Below are positions 15,215-24,431 of a DNA stretch of 46,115 nt, piece after piece. Within the stretch, counting starts at the first letter, position 1. Each line of letters begins with the position of its first letter. Both the position numbers and the translations under genes were made by a program. Source of the DNA: a virus; the UHGV virus genome UHGV-1356891. One strand, 5' to 3'. Under the pieces are notes generated by a model. The model saw only the letters and a program-made list of their open reading frames with translations, was not told where the DNA came from and ran no database searches.

Positions 15215-16259
15215 ATGAGTACACAGACAATAAAAGCCGAAATCATCAACAATGTACTGGTAGCAATGTCCTTATATATCATGGAGCAGCAGACTCTTAC
15301 CATTCTGCAAAATGTAATGCAGCAGGAATTGGTTAGGGTGAACATGGAAGAAATAACTACACTTCCAGTAGAAAGAAAAGATGATATAAGTCAACGGAAT
15401 CAGTACATAATACAGTTATTCCTGATTAAAAGCGTGATTTAGCAGAGGAACCAAAGAAAACTATCTTAATTCCATACGAAGATTGCTGACAGAGATAAGC
15501 ACAAAATCACTGGACCAGATGGATACCACAGATATTGATTGGTATTTATCGCGGTATGAAATCAGAAATGTGTCCAGTGGAGGAAAGAAAAACCAGCCTA
15601 GCACCTATAATAACGAGCGCCGTTTTCTGTCAGCATTTTTTACATGGATGCGGCTGGAAAAGCTTATTACAGATAATCCAGTAGAGTCAATACCTGCCAA
15701 AAAGGTTCCAATTAAGCCAATAGACTATTATAGTCCAGAAGAATCTGCAAGGTTAAGGGATGCGTGCAAAAATATCCGTGAGAGGGCATTGCTGGAGGTA
15801 CTTAGAAGTACTGGAGCCAGGATAGGTGAGATTGCGGAAATAACCCTGGACCAGATAGACATGAGAACCGGAGATATATGGATACAGGGAGAGAAAAGCG
15901 GAAGATATCGGACTATCTATCTGGATGATGATGCGCGACATTATTATGGCCTGTATTTGGACAGCAGGAAAGATGATTGTCCATATATGTTCCCGCGCTC
16001 CAGAAAACCATATGGAAAGATGACTACTTGCGGATTTCGGGCGATATTGAAAACCATAAGAAAGAGAGCCGGACTAACATGTCGGGTATATCCGCATAAG
16101 TCACGCAAAACGCTGGGGATGAATCTGAAAAACAGAGGGGTTGATATTGGGACCATACAAGAAATTATGGGACATGCAGACCCAGGAGTTACGGCACGTT
16201 ATTATGCACAGTCTAACCCGCGCACTCTTCGTTCAATAAGGGAAAGGGTTAATGTGTAG
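15215..16259 (+). pseudogene. Second tyrosine recombinase (XerC/D- or integrase-like) interrupted by a +1 frameshift near 15438-15442
   Basis: The downstream frame holds the full catalytic domain (ARLRDAC...ALLEVLRSTGARIGEI...HKSRKTLGMNL...MGHADPGVTARYY). The N-terminal core-binding region continues upstream in a different frame. Joined across the frameshift it reads ...QYIIQLFLIKSVI then SRGTKENYLNSIRRLLTEI..., which matches the integrase N-terminal consensus (ie.Fl..l...rG.s.nT..sY...l). Confidence 0.55.
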
Positions 16260-16270
16260 GAAGGAGGGCT

Positions 16271-16573
16271 ATGAGGACCAGGGACAAGAACTATAGTGAT
16301 TATGGCATTACCGATGATGAAGCCAAACGCATAAAAGAATACTGCCAGACCGCCAGCGTAGAAGATAAGCTAACATTGTTCCAGTGTGCCATATCCTCCG
16401 CTCCTGGCCTGGAGGTGGAGATATACGAAAGCCTTGTTAGTAATATCGGATATGACAAGCTGAGCAAGCGAAAGAATATACCAATTAAACGGGATGATTT
16501 TTACGGATATCAAAGAAAAACGTTGGATGAATATAGGCGGTTAATGACATTGTTTGGGAGGTGGAAAGGATAG
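16271..16573 (+). CDS. Hypothetical protein. Occupies the position of a late-gene activator (ArpU/RinA-like) ahead of terS.
   Basis: 100-aa ORF with RBS AGGAAGGAGGGCTATG. Assignment is by position only. Confidence 0.3.
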   Translation: MRTRDKNYSDYGITDDEAKRIKEYCQTASVEDKLTLFQCAISSAPGLEVEIYESLVSNIGYDKLSKRKNIPIKRDDFYGYQRKTLDEYRRLMTLFGRWKG

Positions 16574-16575
16574 CT

Positions 16576-16908
16576 ATGAAAATAAACAAGGGAATACCGT
16601 TAATAGGAGTTAGAGAAGATAGGTGTGCAGTGTATTTTGACAATAGACATATAAAACTAAATGCTTGTGCGCGTGATGCTTTAAATGACCCTGATTTAGC
16701 TGAGGTTAAATTTGACAAAGGCGTGATTAAAATATCTGTTGGAAAAAACCCAGAATCAGATTACAAAGTGACAAAAATAAAAGGGACAAGATGCTTTTCT
16801 GGACATTATTTTTTAAATGTAGTTTCGCACATTCCTAAATATACAAAACTTTATGGAGAAATGAAAGGAAATGAACTTCATATAAAAATTCCAGACGAAT
16901 TTCTGTAA
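16576..16908 (+). CDS. Hypothetical protein
   Basis: RBS GGGAGGTGGAAAGGATAGCTATG. Confidence 0.4.
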   Translation: MKINKGIPLIGVREDRCAVYFDNRHIKLNACARDALNDPDLAEVKFDKGVIKISVGKNPESDYKVTKIKGTRCFSGHYFLNVVSHIPKYTKLYGEMKGNELHIKIPDEFL

Positions 16909-16993
16909 TGGTATAAAATGTGGGGACGATTTACATTACATACGCATGGTAAAATTAGTATAGGACTATTATACCGCATGGGGTAAAAACATG
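16907..16993 (+). promoter_or_regulatory. Conserved leader, copy 1. Blocks AATGGTATA, AAAATGTGGGGACGATT, GGTAAAAT, AGTA(TA)GGA and GGGGTAAAAACATG. Contains a 22-codon uORF starting MWGR at 16918-16986.
   Basis: Block-wise identity to 29558-29643, in front of a paralogous Cys-rich KTR-type gene. Confidence 0.5.
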
Positions 16994-17182
16994 ATTATTA
17001 ACCTATTGAAAGAATGCTGTGAAAACTGTATACACATTGATGTGAGAGCAGAGAATAAAACTGAAACATATAGAAACACGTTGAATTCTAATATTACAAG
17101 AAAAACAACGGCTACTATCTGGTGTGCGCATATGGAAGTATGCAAAGAATACCGTGAGGCAGAAAGCAAAAATGAATCTTAG
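16991..17182 (+). CDS. Cys-rich KTR-family small protein (CxxC...NKTxT...C...C)
   Basis: LKECCENCIHIDVRAENKTETY aligns with CPICNNKTRTKIRPDT of the 29641 gene. Confidence 0.45.
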   Translation: MIINLLKECCENCIHIDVRAENKTETYRNTLNSNITRKTTATIWCAHMEVCKEYREAESKNES

Positions 17183-17435
17183 CTCAATTATGAAAAAGCT
17201 CCAGCGCGCCATATTGCAGACCAGACTTGTAATCAAGATATCCACCAGCCAATTCTACAGCGAGGAACATGGGCGCATGATAACCATATGGATATTAAGC
17301 ACCCCTGTACTACAACAGGATAAGCATGGGGAGTGGAAAACCAGGGATTATGAGATATTGCGGAGTGCATCGGGGATTGAGGTTATGAAGTGCTTGCAGG
17401 AGATATGGGAGGCGGTGAAGGGATGGAATCAATAA
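17172..17435 (+). CDS. Hypothetical protein
   Basis: ORF with an internal ATG (MNLSSIMKK). Confidence 0.3.
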   Translation: MNLSSIMKKLQRAILQTRLVIKISTSQFYSEEHGRMITIWILSTPVLQQDKHGEWKTRDYEILRSASGIEVMKCLQEIWEAVKGWNQ

Positions 17436-17677
17436 AAGACAGTTTGCCAGAAAAATATAAAAAGCCTCCTCTTGGAACCTGTCCAAGTTGGTATGTGATT
17501 CCGAAAAGAATACAAGAATTGTCAGATGCTATAAGTCGATTTACAGGGCATGATAGTATTGGAAAAGATAAAGAGGTAACTATGGCAATAAGGGAGTGGG
17601 CTGTTGAGATTATATGTCATTGTGATACGCTAGATAAATTACAAGACTTTATGGGTAAACAAGAGGACGGTGATTAA

Positions 17678-18076
17678 GTGGGGCTTACACCGAAGCAGAA
17701 AGCGTTTGCGGATTATTACATTGAGTGTGGAAATGCGGCAGAGGCTGCGAGAAAGGCTGGTTATAGCTTACGGACAGCAGACGCAATAGGACGTGAAAAC
17801 TTACGGAAGCCTACGGTTTATGCATATATCTCTGAACGGCAGAAACAAATTGATGATTGCCGCATAGCTGATGCTGCTGAAATATTACAATATCTTACCT
17901 CCGTAATGCGTGGAGAGGTCAAGGACCAATTCGGACTTGATGCTCCACTGGCAGAGAGAACCAAAGCGGCGGTTGAACTGGCAAAGCGTAAGATAGATAC
18001 AGATAAGAAGCAGGAGGGCGGCGGGATTACCATTGTCAACAACATACCAAGACCAGACAACAATAAATCTGACTGA
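17678..18076 (+). CDS. terS: Terminase small subunit (GTG start)
   Basis: LTPKQKAFADYYIECGNAAEAARKAGYS...ENLRKP matches Terminase_2 small-subunit N-terminal HTH. Confidence 0.75.
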   Translation: MGLTPKQKAFADYYIECGNAAEAARKAGYSLRTADAIGRENLRKPTVYAYISERQKQIDDCRIADAAEILQYLTSVMRGEVKDQFGLDAPLAERTKAAVELAKRKIDTDKKQEGGGITIVNNIPRPDNNKSD

Positions 18077-19292
18077 TGTAATCGCTCCTTCCTTCTATGG
18101 CGTTCACTGGGATATCCTGGATGGAAAACATACATACTATGACCTTTACGGAGGGCGAGGTTCCACGAAGTCATCCTTTATATCCGTTGAAATAGTGTTA
18201 GGAATGATGGATGACCAAGAGGCCAATGCGGTAGTGTTTCGTAAATATGCGGTAACCATCGGGGAATCAGTCTTTGAGCAGATACAGTGGGCCATAGACG
18301 CACTAGGCGTAACAGAATTATGGGAATCCCGTACAAGCCCATACCGATTTGTTTATAAGCCGACAGGACAAAAAATAATATTCCGTGGACTTGACAAAGC
18401 CAAGAAAACAAAGTCTATAAAGGCAAGTAAGGGATACTTTAAATATCTATGGTTTGAGGAACTGGACGAATTTGCAGGACCGGAGGAAATACGAACTGTT
18501 GAGCAGTCAGTATTGCGTGGTGGAAGCAAGTTTGTTGTATTTAAATCCTTTAATCCGCCTATCAGTCAAAGCAACTGGGCGAATCAGTATGTAAATACGC
18601 CAGACGATAGTGCGTATAGGCATAAAAGCGATTACCGTTCTGTGCCGGTTGAATGGCTGGGGGAAATGTTTATTGAGCGCGCTGAACATCTTAAAGCCAC
18701 CAATGAGCGGGCATACAACCACGAGTATTTAGGTTTACCGGTTGGGCTTGGTACAAATATATTTGACATGCTGGAGATTAGAACAATCACGGATGAAGAA
18801 ATACAGAGCTATCAATCCATATATCAAGGTCAGGATTTTGGATGGTGGCCTGACCCTAAAGCATTTATTCGGGCAGCTTATGTAGCAAATAAAGAAAAAA
18901 TTGTGTTATTAGATGAATTAGGCGGGTGCAAGATTAGAAACTCTGATATGGCTCGCATGATACAGGAAAAAGGATACGATGATTATACTCTTATGTGTGG
19001 AGTGGACGAGAAGGAAAGTATTGTTGACCTTCGTGACGCTGGTATTCCAGCCCGTAGTGCTATTGTAACACCTGGGAGTAGGAAATATACGTATGAATGG
19101 CTACAGTGCCGTACAATCGTCATAGACCCAGCCAGAACGCCGAGGGCATACAAAGAGATTATAGAGTATGAGCATGAGATTGATAGCAACGGAGAAGTGA
19201 TTGCGGATTATCCAGACGGAAATGACCACTGGATAGATGCCTTACGGTATAGCATTTCTCCTATGGCTATGAGGAGGGGACACAGTGCGTAG
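18033..19292 (+). CDS. terL: Terminase large subunit (PBSX/SPP1-like)
   Basis: YGGRGSTKSSF Walker-A-like ATPase motif. 419 aa. Overlaps the terS end. Confidence 0.85.
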   Translation: MSTTYQDQTTINLTDVIAPSFYGVHWDILDGKHTYYDLYGGRGSTKSSFISVEIVLGMMDDQEANAVVFRKYAVTIGESVFEQIQWAIDALGVTELWESRTSPYRFVYKPTGQKIIFRGLDKAKKTKSIKASKGYFKYLWFEELDEFAGPEEIRTVEQSVLRGGSKFVVFKSFNPPISQSNWANQYVNTPDDSAYRHKSDYRSVPVEWLGEMFIERAEHLKATNERAYNHEYLGLPVGLGTNIFDMLEIRTITDEEIQSYQSIYQGQDFGWWPDPKAFIRAAYVANKEKIVLLDELGGCKIRNSDMARMIQEKGYDDYTLMCGVDEKESIVDLRDAGIPARSAIVTPGSRKYTYEWLQCRTIVIDPARTPRAYKEIIEYEHEIDSNGEVIADYPDGNDHWIDALRYSISPMAMRRGHSA

Positions 19293-19788
19293 TGGGGCAA
19301 AGAAAAATTATCCAAGGATATATAAAATATGGCAAGGTATCCGTCAGAGATGCAATAACCCGAATGACAAGGATTATGACAATTATGGTGGTAGAGGAAT
19401 AAAGGTCTGTGAGGGATGGAATAACAACTCAATGGAATTTATTCAATGGGCCTTGCAAAATGGATATACTGATAATTTGAGCATTGACAGAAAAGATACC
19501 AACGGAGATTATTGTCCTGAAAACTGTCATTGGGCTACGGGTACAGAACAGGCCAGAAACAAGCGGAAACAAAGGACAAATAGAACCGGGTATAATGGCG
19601 TACATTATGAAGTGGATAGGGGAAAATATCGCGCTTTGATATACGTTAATAGCAGACGTATGGATTTGGGGAGATATGATACAGTAGAAGAAGCCGCTGA
19701 GGCACGAAGAAATGGAGAATTGAAATACTGGGGTGATATGCCACAAGTCCATTATCAATGCGAAGGGGAAACAGTGCATAATGAGTGA
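19285..19788 (+). CDS. HNH-type homing endonuclease with an AP2 DNA-binding domain
   Basis: N-terminal IYKIWQGIRQRCNNPNDKDYDNYGGRGIKVCEGW is HNH_3-like. C-terminal GYNGVHYEVDRGKYRALIYVNSRRMDLGRYDTVEEAAEA is an AP2 domain. Inserted between terL and portal. Confidence 0.7.
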   Translation: MRSGAKKNYPRIYKIWQGIRQRCNNPNDKDYDNYGGRGIKVCEGWNNNSMEFIQWALQNGYTDNLSIDRKDTNGDYCPENCHWATGTEQARNKRKQRTNRTGYNGVHYEVDRGKYRALIYVNSRRMDLGRYDTVEEAAEARRNGELKYWGDMPQVHYQCEGETVHNE

Positions 19789-20050
19789 TGTTACAAAAAT
19801 CCTGTCAGAAAATGAACGGTGTCAGATATGCCGCAAGAGGAAAGCGGAATTTCTTTGTGATATGCCGGTAGGAAGAATGAGAACATTGCATTTCAAAAAT
19901 AATGATGGAACAACCGATTACGAAAATAGCTTTAAGTGGTTGACTAATACATGTGACAAAAGCATATGCAGTAAATGTGCAACTGAAATTGCAGGAGACA
20001 TACATTTTTGCAAAAAATGCATAGAAAAGTTAAAGCAAGTTATAGGGTGA
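19783..20050 (+). CDS. Zn-finger small protein
   Basis: CQICRKRKAEFLCD...CSKCATE...CKKC. Confidence 0.35.
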
Positions 20051-20054
20051 CTAA

Positions 20055-21488
20055 ATGGGACTAATAAAATGGGCTAAAAAGGTGATAGGAATGATATTCA
20101 AGCGACAGGCAGAAGAAGATTTTAATGTTGAATCAGTGGTATCCCCGGAGATGGAAAGCAAGATTGCAGAGTGCGCCAATATCTACCGGGGTACTCCCTA
20201 TTGGGTGAATGCTGACGATAACGTTAAGACAATCAATTTCGCAAAGGCTATATGCTCCGAGACGGCACGGCTTGCCACACTGGCAATCGGAATACAGATT
20301 GATGGGAGCGCGCGGGCGGCGTGGCTCCAGGAGCAGATTGACAAAACATATTTCCAGATTCGCCACTGGGTAGAGTATGGTATGGCCTACGGCACAATCA
20401 TCCTTAAGCCAAACGGTAAGGGACTGGACATATTCACACCCATGGATTTTATCATTACAGACTGCGACAATGAAGGTATATACGGAATCGTATTCGAGGA
20501 TAGCTACAGCGAAAATGATAAGTATTATACCCGGTTTGAGTATCATCGGTTTGTCGAAGTCAAAGATGGAGAAAACACCTATTACCCATATTACATATCC
20601 AATAGAGCTTATGTGTCTCGCTCTGCAAAAAGTGTGGGGGACCCGATAGCATTAAACAGGACTAAATGGTCCGACTTACTTCCAGAGACTCCACCTATAC
20701 TTAAAGCAAATAATGAGAAAATAGATGGTCCCATGTTTGGCATACTCCGCACTCCACAGGCTAATAATTTGGATATTTCATCACCTTTGGGATTACCAAT
20801 GTATGCCGAATCCATAGAAGAATTAAAGGACCTGGATGTGGCGTATAGCCGGAATGTGGGTGAAATATTTGACAGTGAGAAAATCATATTGGCAGATGAC
20901 CAGCTGATGTTTGGAAGCGGTACAAACATTAAAGGCCGTTATGCTGGCATGAGCAATGAAAAGCTTCCTCATTATGTTAAAAATGTATTTGGAAATGGAA
21001 CAGAGTCTTTCTATCAGGAGATTGTTCCATCGTTGAATACTGATATAAGAATTACCGGAATAAACAACCTACTCTCATTTGTGGGATTTAAGTGTGGATA
21101 TTCCAATGGGTATTTTGTGCTTGATGAAAAAACAGGAATGGTCACAGCCACACAGGTAGAGGCTGACGACAGGAGAACCATACAGCTAATCAAGGATGTG
21201 CGCGACAAACTGGAAAGTTGTCTTGACGGGGCAATATATGCGCTCAATGTATATGCTGACCTGTACGGACTGGCACCAGCCGGCAACTACGAAATAACAT
21301 ATGATTTTGGTGACATTACATATAACCGTGAGGAGGACCGGGCAAGATGGTGGCAGTATGTTGTGCAGGGAAAGGTGCCGGCCTGGATGTATTTTCGGAA
21401 GTTTGAAGGATTATCTGAAGAAGATGCAAAAGCTATGGTAAAGGAAGCACAGCCGAAGGATGGACCTAGGATGTTTGAGGAGGAATAA
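20055..21488 (+). CDS. Portal protein
   Basis: 477 aa, immediately after the terminase/HNH genes and before the Mu-F-like minor head protein. Assigned by synteny and size. Confidence 0.6.
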   Translation: MGLIKWAKKVIGMIFKRQAEEDFNVESVVSPEMESKIAECANIYRGTPYWVNADDNVKTINFAKAICSETARLATLAIGIQIDGSARAAWLQEQIDKTYFQIRHWVEYGMAYGTIILKPNGKGLDIFTPMDFIITDCDNEGIYGIVFEDSYSENDKYYTRFEYHRFVEVKDGENTYYPYYISNRAYVSRSAKSVGDPIALNRTKWSDLLPETPPILKANNEKIDGPMFGILRTPQANNLDISSPLGLPMYAESIEELKDLDVAYSRNVGEIFDSEKIILADDQLMFGSGTNIKGRYAGMSNEKLPHYVKNVFGNGTESFYQEIVPSLNTDIRITGINNLLSFVGFKCGYSNGYFVLDEKTGMVTATQVEADDRRTIQLIKDVRDKLESCLDGAIYALNVYADLYGLAPAGNYEITYDFGDITYNREEDRARWWQYVVQGKVPAWMYFRKFEGLSEEDAKAMVKEAQPKDGPRMFEEE

Positions 21489-21594
21489 ATTGAGAAGCTT
21501 ATTAATTTGGATAGTATTCAATATACCACCTGGTCCATTTGCCCCGAAAGTGTTTGAATGGTCGATTAGACATAAGGGAAAGAAGGAAGAGTAA

Positions 21595-22818
21595 ATGTTA
21601 AGTCCTAATTACCTTGCAAAAATCGCAGAAGGAAGCGAAGAAATAGCCTCACAACTCCATACATACATTATTCGTCAGATAATAGACCGCATGATGATAC
21701 GCATAGGCCGTGGCGATGATTACCTGCTCACCTCCTCTGACCGATGGCGCATACAGATATTGCAGGATGCAGGATATCTGCTGGAGGACATAACGGTAGA
21801 GTTATCCAAAATCACTAAGCGGCAGGAAAAAGAAATCAAGTCCGCAATGGAAGAAGCGGGAGTCAAGGCCCTGGAATACGACCATAAAATATATGAAGCT
21901 GCTGGTTTGTCTCCAACACCGCTTACCCAATCACCGCAGCTTATTCGATTGATGGAACGAAACATGGATGCAACAATGGGAGAGTGGAAAAACTATACTA
22001 GGACCACAGCAGAAGCCGCACAAAGGCTTTTTATAAACGAATGTGATAATGCATACCACCTTGTATCTTCTGGGGCTGTATCGTACACACAGGCTGTCAA
22101 AGAAGCAGTTAATAATGTGGTATCGGTCGGAGTGATGGTACAATATCCTTCGGGACACAAAGATACCATAGAAACTGCCACAGCGCGTGCAGTACGCACC
22201 GGAGTAGCCCAGGCCACGGGAGATATATCTATTAAGCGTATGGAAGAAATGGACTGGGATATCATACTGGTGTCGGCGCACATCGGGGCCAGAACTGGTG
22301 ACGGAGGGCAGAATCCGGGCAATCATTTATGGTGGCAAGGGCAGTTTTATAGCAGGACTGGAAAGGATAAGCGCTTTCCTCCATTTTCCCAGACTGGATA
22401 TGGAACGGGTGAAGGATTATGTGGATGGAACTGCCGTCACTCCTTCGGAAGCGGTGATGGGGTAAACAATCCATACAAAGACATCCAAACCGCAGACAAT
22501 TACAAGGTTGAGCAGCTGGAGGAGCGGCAGCGAACGCTTGAACTGCGCATCAGAAAGACCAAACGCGAGGTCATGGGGATGCAGGAGGCCGTGGATAAAT
22601 GCAAGGACGAATCAGCTAAATTTGAAATGCAGCTTGAACTTGACCGAAAGTCGTATCTGTTACAGCGGCAGAATAAGGCATACAACGAATTTTGCAAAGA
22701 GAACGACTTACGCACCCAGCAGGAACGGTTACAGATTGCCAGATGGAACCGGGAGCAGGCGGCAAAGGCCAGGGGAGCAGCGCGGCGGTATCAGAATGCG
22801 AAAGGAAAAGAAGAATGA
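21595..22818 (+). CDS. Minor head / head morphogenesis protein (Mu gpF / SPP1 gp7-like) with a C-terminal coiled coil
   Basis: YGTGEGLCGWNCRHSF motif typical of Mu-F-like proteins. Position after the portal. Confidence 0.65.
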   Translation: MLSPNYLAKIAEGSEEIASQLHTYIIRQIIDRMMIRIGRGDDYLLTSSDRWRIQILQDAGYLLEDITVELSKITKRQEKEIKSAMEEAGVKALEYDHKIYEAAGLSPTPLTQSPQLIRLMERNMDATMGEWKNYTRTTAEAAQRLFINECDNAYHLVSSGAVSYTQAVKEAVNNVVSVGVMVQYPSGHKDTIETATARAVRTGVAQATGDISIKRMEEMDWDIILVSAHIGARTGDGGQNPGNHLWWQGQFYSRTGKDKRFPPFSQTGYGTGEGLCGWNCRHSFGSGDGVNNPYKDIQTADNYKVEQLEERQRTLELRIRKTKREVMGMQEAVDKCKDESAKFEMQLELDRKSYLLQRQNKAYNEFCKENDLRTQQERLQIARWNREQAAKARGAARRYQNAKGKEE

Positions 22819-23195
22819 GCAGATGGAAATTATTCAACCCTAATCCACGCAATCAGCGTGTGGGGGATTGCCCCATCCGGGCTATAACAAAAGCCCTTGA
22901 CAGCGACTGGGAAACGGTATTTGCTGGTGTAACTGTCTGCGCCTGTGCTTTATCTGATATGCCATCTGCAAACCATGTATGGGGGTCCTACCTACGCCAG
23001 AATGGATTTAAACGGTACATAGTGGATGACCACGGACAAGATGTATACACGGTCGAGGACTTTTGCCAGGATAATCCTATAGGAACGTACATCTTAGCAA
23101 TTACAGGGCATGTGGTGTGTGTGCAGGATGGTTATTACTGGGATACATGGGACAGCGGGCAAGAGATACCAATATATTACTGGGAAAGGCGATAA
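22814..23195 (+). CDS. Hypothetical Cys/His-containing protein, possibly a papain-like fold (start trimmed to MSRWKLF)
   Basis: ATGA overlap with the preceding gene. GDCPIRAI and GHVVCV could form a Cys/His dyad. Confidence 0.3.
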
Positions 23196-23198
23196 CTT

Positions 23199-23492
23199 AT
23201 GGAAACATTAAACTCTATTATGGTTGTATGCGGTTGGCTTATTACTCTTGGAGGAGCAGGAGCCGTAATATACAAATTGTTGCATCCAGCATTTAAGCTA
23301 AAAAACCGAGTGGATAAATTAGAAATAAATGTGGAAAAAGATTATAAATCTATCCAAGAAATAAGAGATATGCAATCTCTTTTGTGTCAAGGAATGATAG
23401 CATTAATTGATAATCGTATAACCGGTAACAACATAGAGGGTTTAAAAAAAACCAAAGAAGCTATGATAAAGCATTTGTCAGAGGGTATTTAA
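23199..23492 (+). CDS. Small membrane protein with an N-terminal TM helix and a coiled-coil tail
   Basis: MVVCGWLITLGGAGAVIYKLL hydrophobic segment. Confidence 0.4.
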   Translation: METLNSIMVVCGWLITLGGAGAVIYKLLHPAFKLKNRVDKLEINVEKDYKSIQEIRDMQSLLCQGMIALIDNRITGNNIEGLKKTKEAMIKHLSEGI

Positions 23493-23503
23493 GGAGCGTT
23501 GCT

Positions 23504-23704
23504 TTGAAGGTATATGACTTTACAGTGCCAGAACTAAATTATTTTCGTACATATTGCAACTTTACAGATGAAGAGCAGGCGCTGTTTGAGTACCGGGCTA
23601 AAAATTATCCTTTAGAATATTGCGCTGAACTGATGAACGTAAGTGTATCCACAGCCAAGAGATTGAGCCGAAAAGTCAACAATAAAATAATTAGAGTGTG
23701 CTGA
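23504..23704 (+). CDS. Sigma-70 region-4-like HTH small regulator
   Basis: PLEYCAELMNVSVSTAKRLSRKVNNKI resembles the sigma region-4 / LuxR-type HTH. Confidence 0.4.
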   Translation: MKVYDFTVPELNYFRTYCNFTDEEQALFEYRAKNYPLEYCAELMNVSVSTAKRLSRKVNNKIIRVC

Positions 23705-23729
23705 AAAAATTTCAAATTACCTCTTGACT

Positions 23730-23782
23730 TTTGTAGTGCAAAAGTATATCATATATTTGTGGCGCAAAAGTGAGGTGATTGG
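23730..23782 (+). promoter_or_regulatory. Promoter plus operator: TTGACT, 17 nt, TATCAT, with a direct repeat TGCAAAAGT at about 23737 and GCGCAAAAGTG at about 23767
   Basis: Read directly from the sequence. Immediately upstream of the RHH gene, so likely autoregulatory Arc/Mnt-like operators. Confidence 0.4.
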
Positions 23783-23783
23783 T

Positions 23784-23957
23784 ATGAGTCCACGAACAGG
23801 CAGACCAACAGACAATCCTAAATCCGGTTCCGTAAATATTCGGCTTGACGCTGAAAGCGAAAGAATATTGAAGACCTTTTGTGAACAGGAAAATATCGCA
23901 AAAGCCGAAGGGGTAAGACAAGGGATAAAAATGTTGGAAAGCAGAATAAAAAAATAA
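23784..23957 (+). CDS. Ribbon-helix-helix (Arc/CopG-like) repressor
   Basis: MSPRTGRPTDNPKSGSVNIRLDAESERILKTFCEQENIAKAEGVRQGIKML fits the RHH beta-alpha-alpha pattern. Start trimmed to the RBS-proximal ATG (GAGGTGATTGGTATG). Confidence 0.55.
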   Translation: MSPRTGRPTDNPKSGSVNIRLDAESERILKTFCEQENIAKAEGVRQGIKMLESRIKK

Positions 23958-24078
23958 GAAACGTTCGCCAACCTAGCAAGTAAACCGAACGTTTCTCCAA
24001 GAAGTTTCCTTCCTATGAAATATCATATCATAAAAGGGAACTTCTTTCAAGACGAATCGAAAGGAGTTTATTTTATTT

Positions 24079-24429
24079 ATGAATAAAGAACAGCACACCT
24101 CTAATTCAACTCTGGCAACCGAAGTAATCGCTCAACTGAAAAACGAACTATTTAAGTTGGAAACCGAAACAGGCGAAGGAACCAACAAACTGTTGATGGC
24201 TGAAAGGGCGTTGCTTATGCTGAAAGACAAATACGAATGGGGATTTGTCCCAAGTGTTGATGCAGCTTACAAAGCTATGCATACTGTTAGCGCAGAGAAA
24301 AAATGCACAGAGAATGAATACCGCTCATGGGAATATATGGTGGGATATGAAGAAATCATGTTCTTTGTAAATGTTGCTCTTGATTACTGTATTGGTGCTA
24401 AGCAGTTGATTGAGAATAAGGAGGTATAG
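24079..24429 (+). CDS. Hypothetical protein in the antirepressor module
   Basis: 116-aa ORF with RBS AAAGGAG. Confidence 0.4.
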   Translation: MNKEQHTSNSTLATEVIAQLKNELFKLETETGEGTNKLLMAERALLMLKDKYEWGFVPSVDAAYKAMHTVSAEKKCTENEYRSWEYMVGYEEIMFFVNVALDYCIGAKQLIENKEV

Positions 24430-24431
24430 AA

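Noticed and set aside
17818-18174. Minus-strand 118-aa ORF inside terS/terL
   Set aside because: Antisense to two well-supported packaging genes. No RBS.
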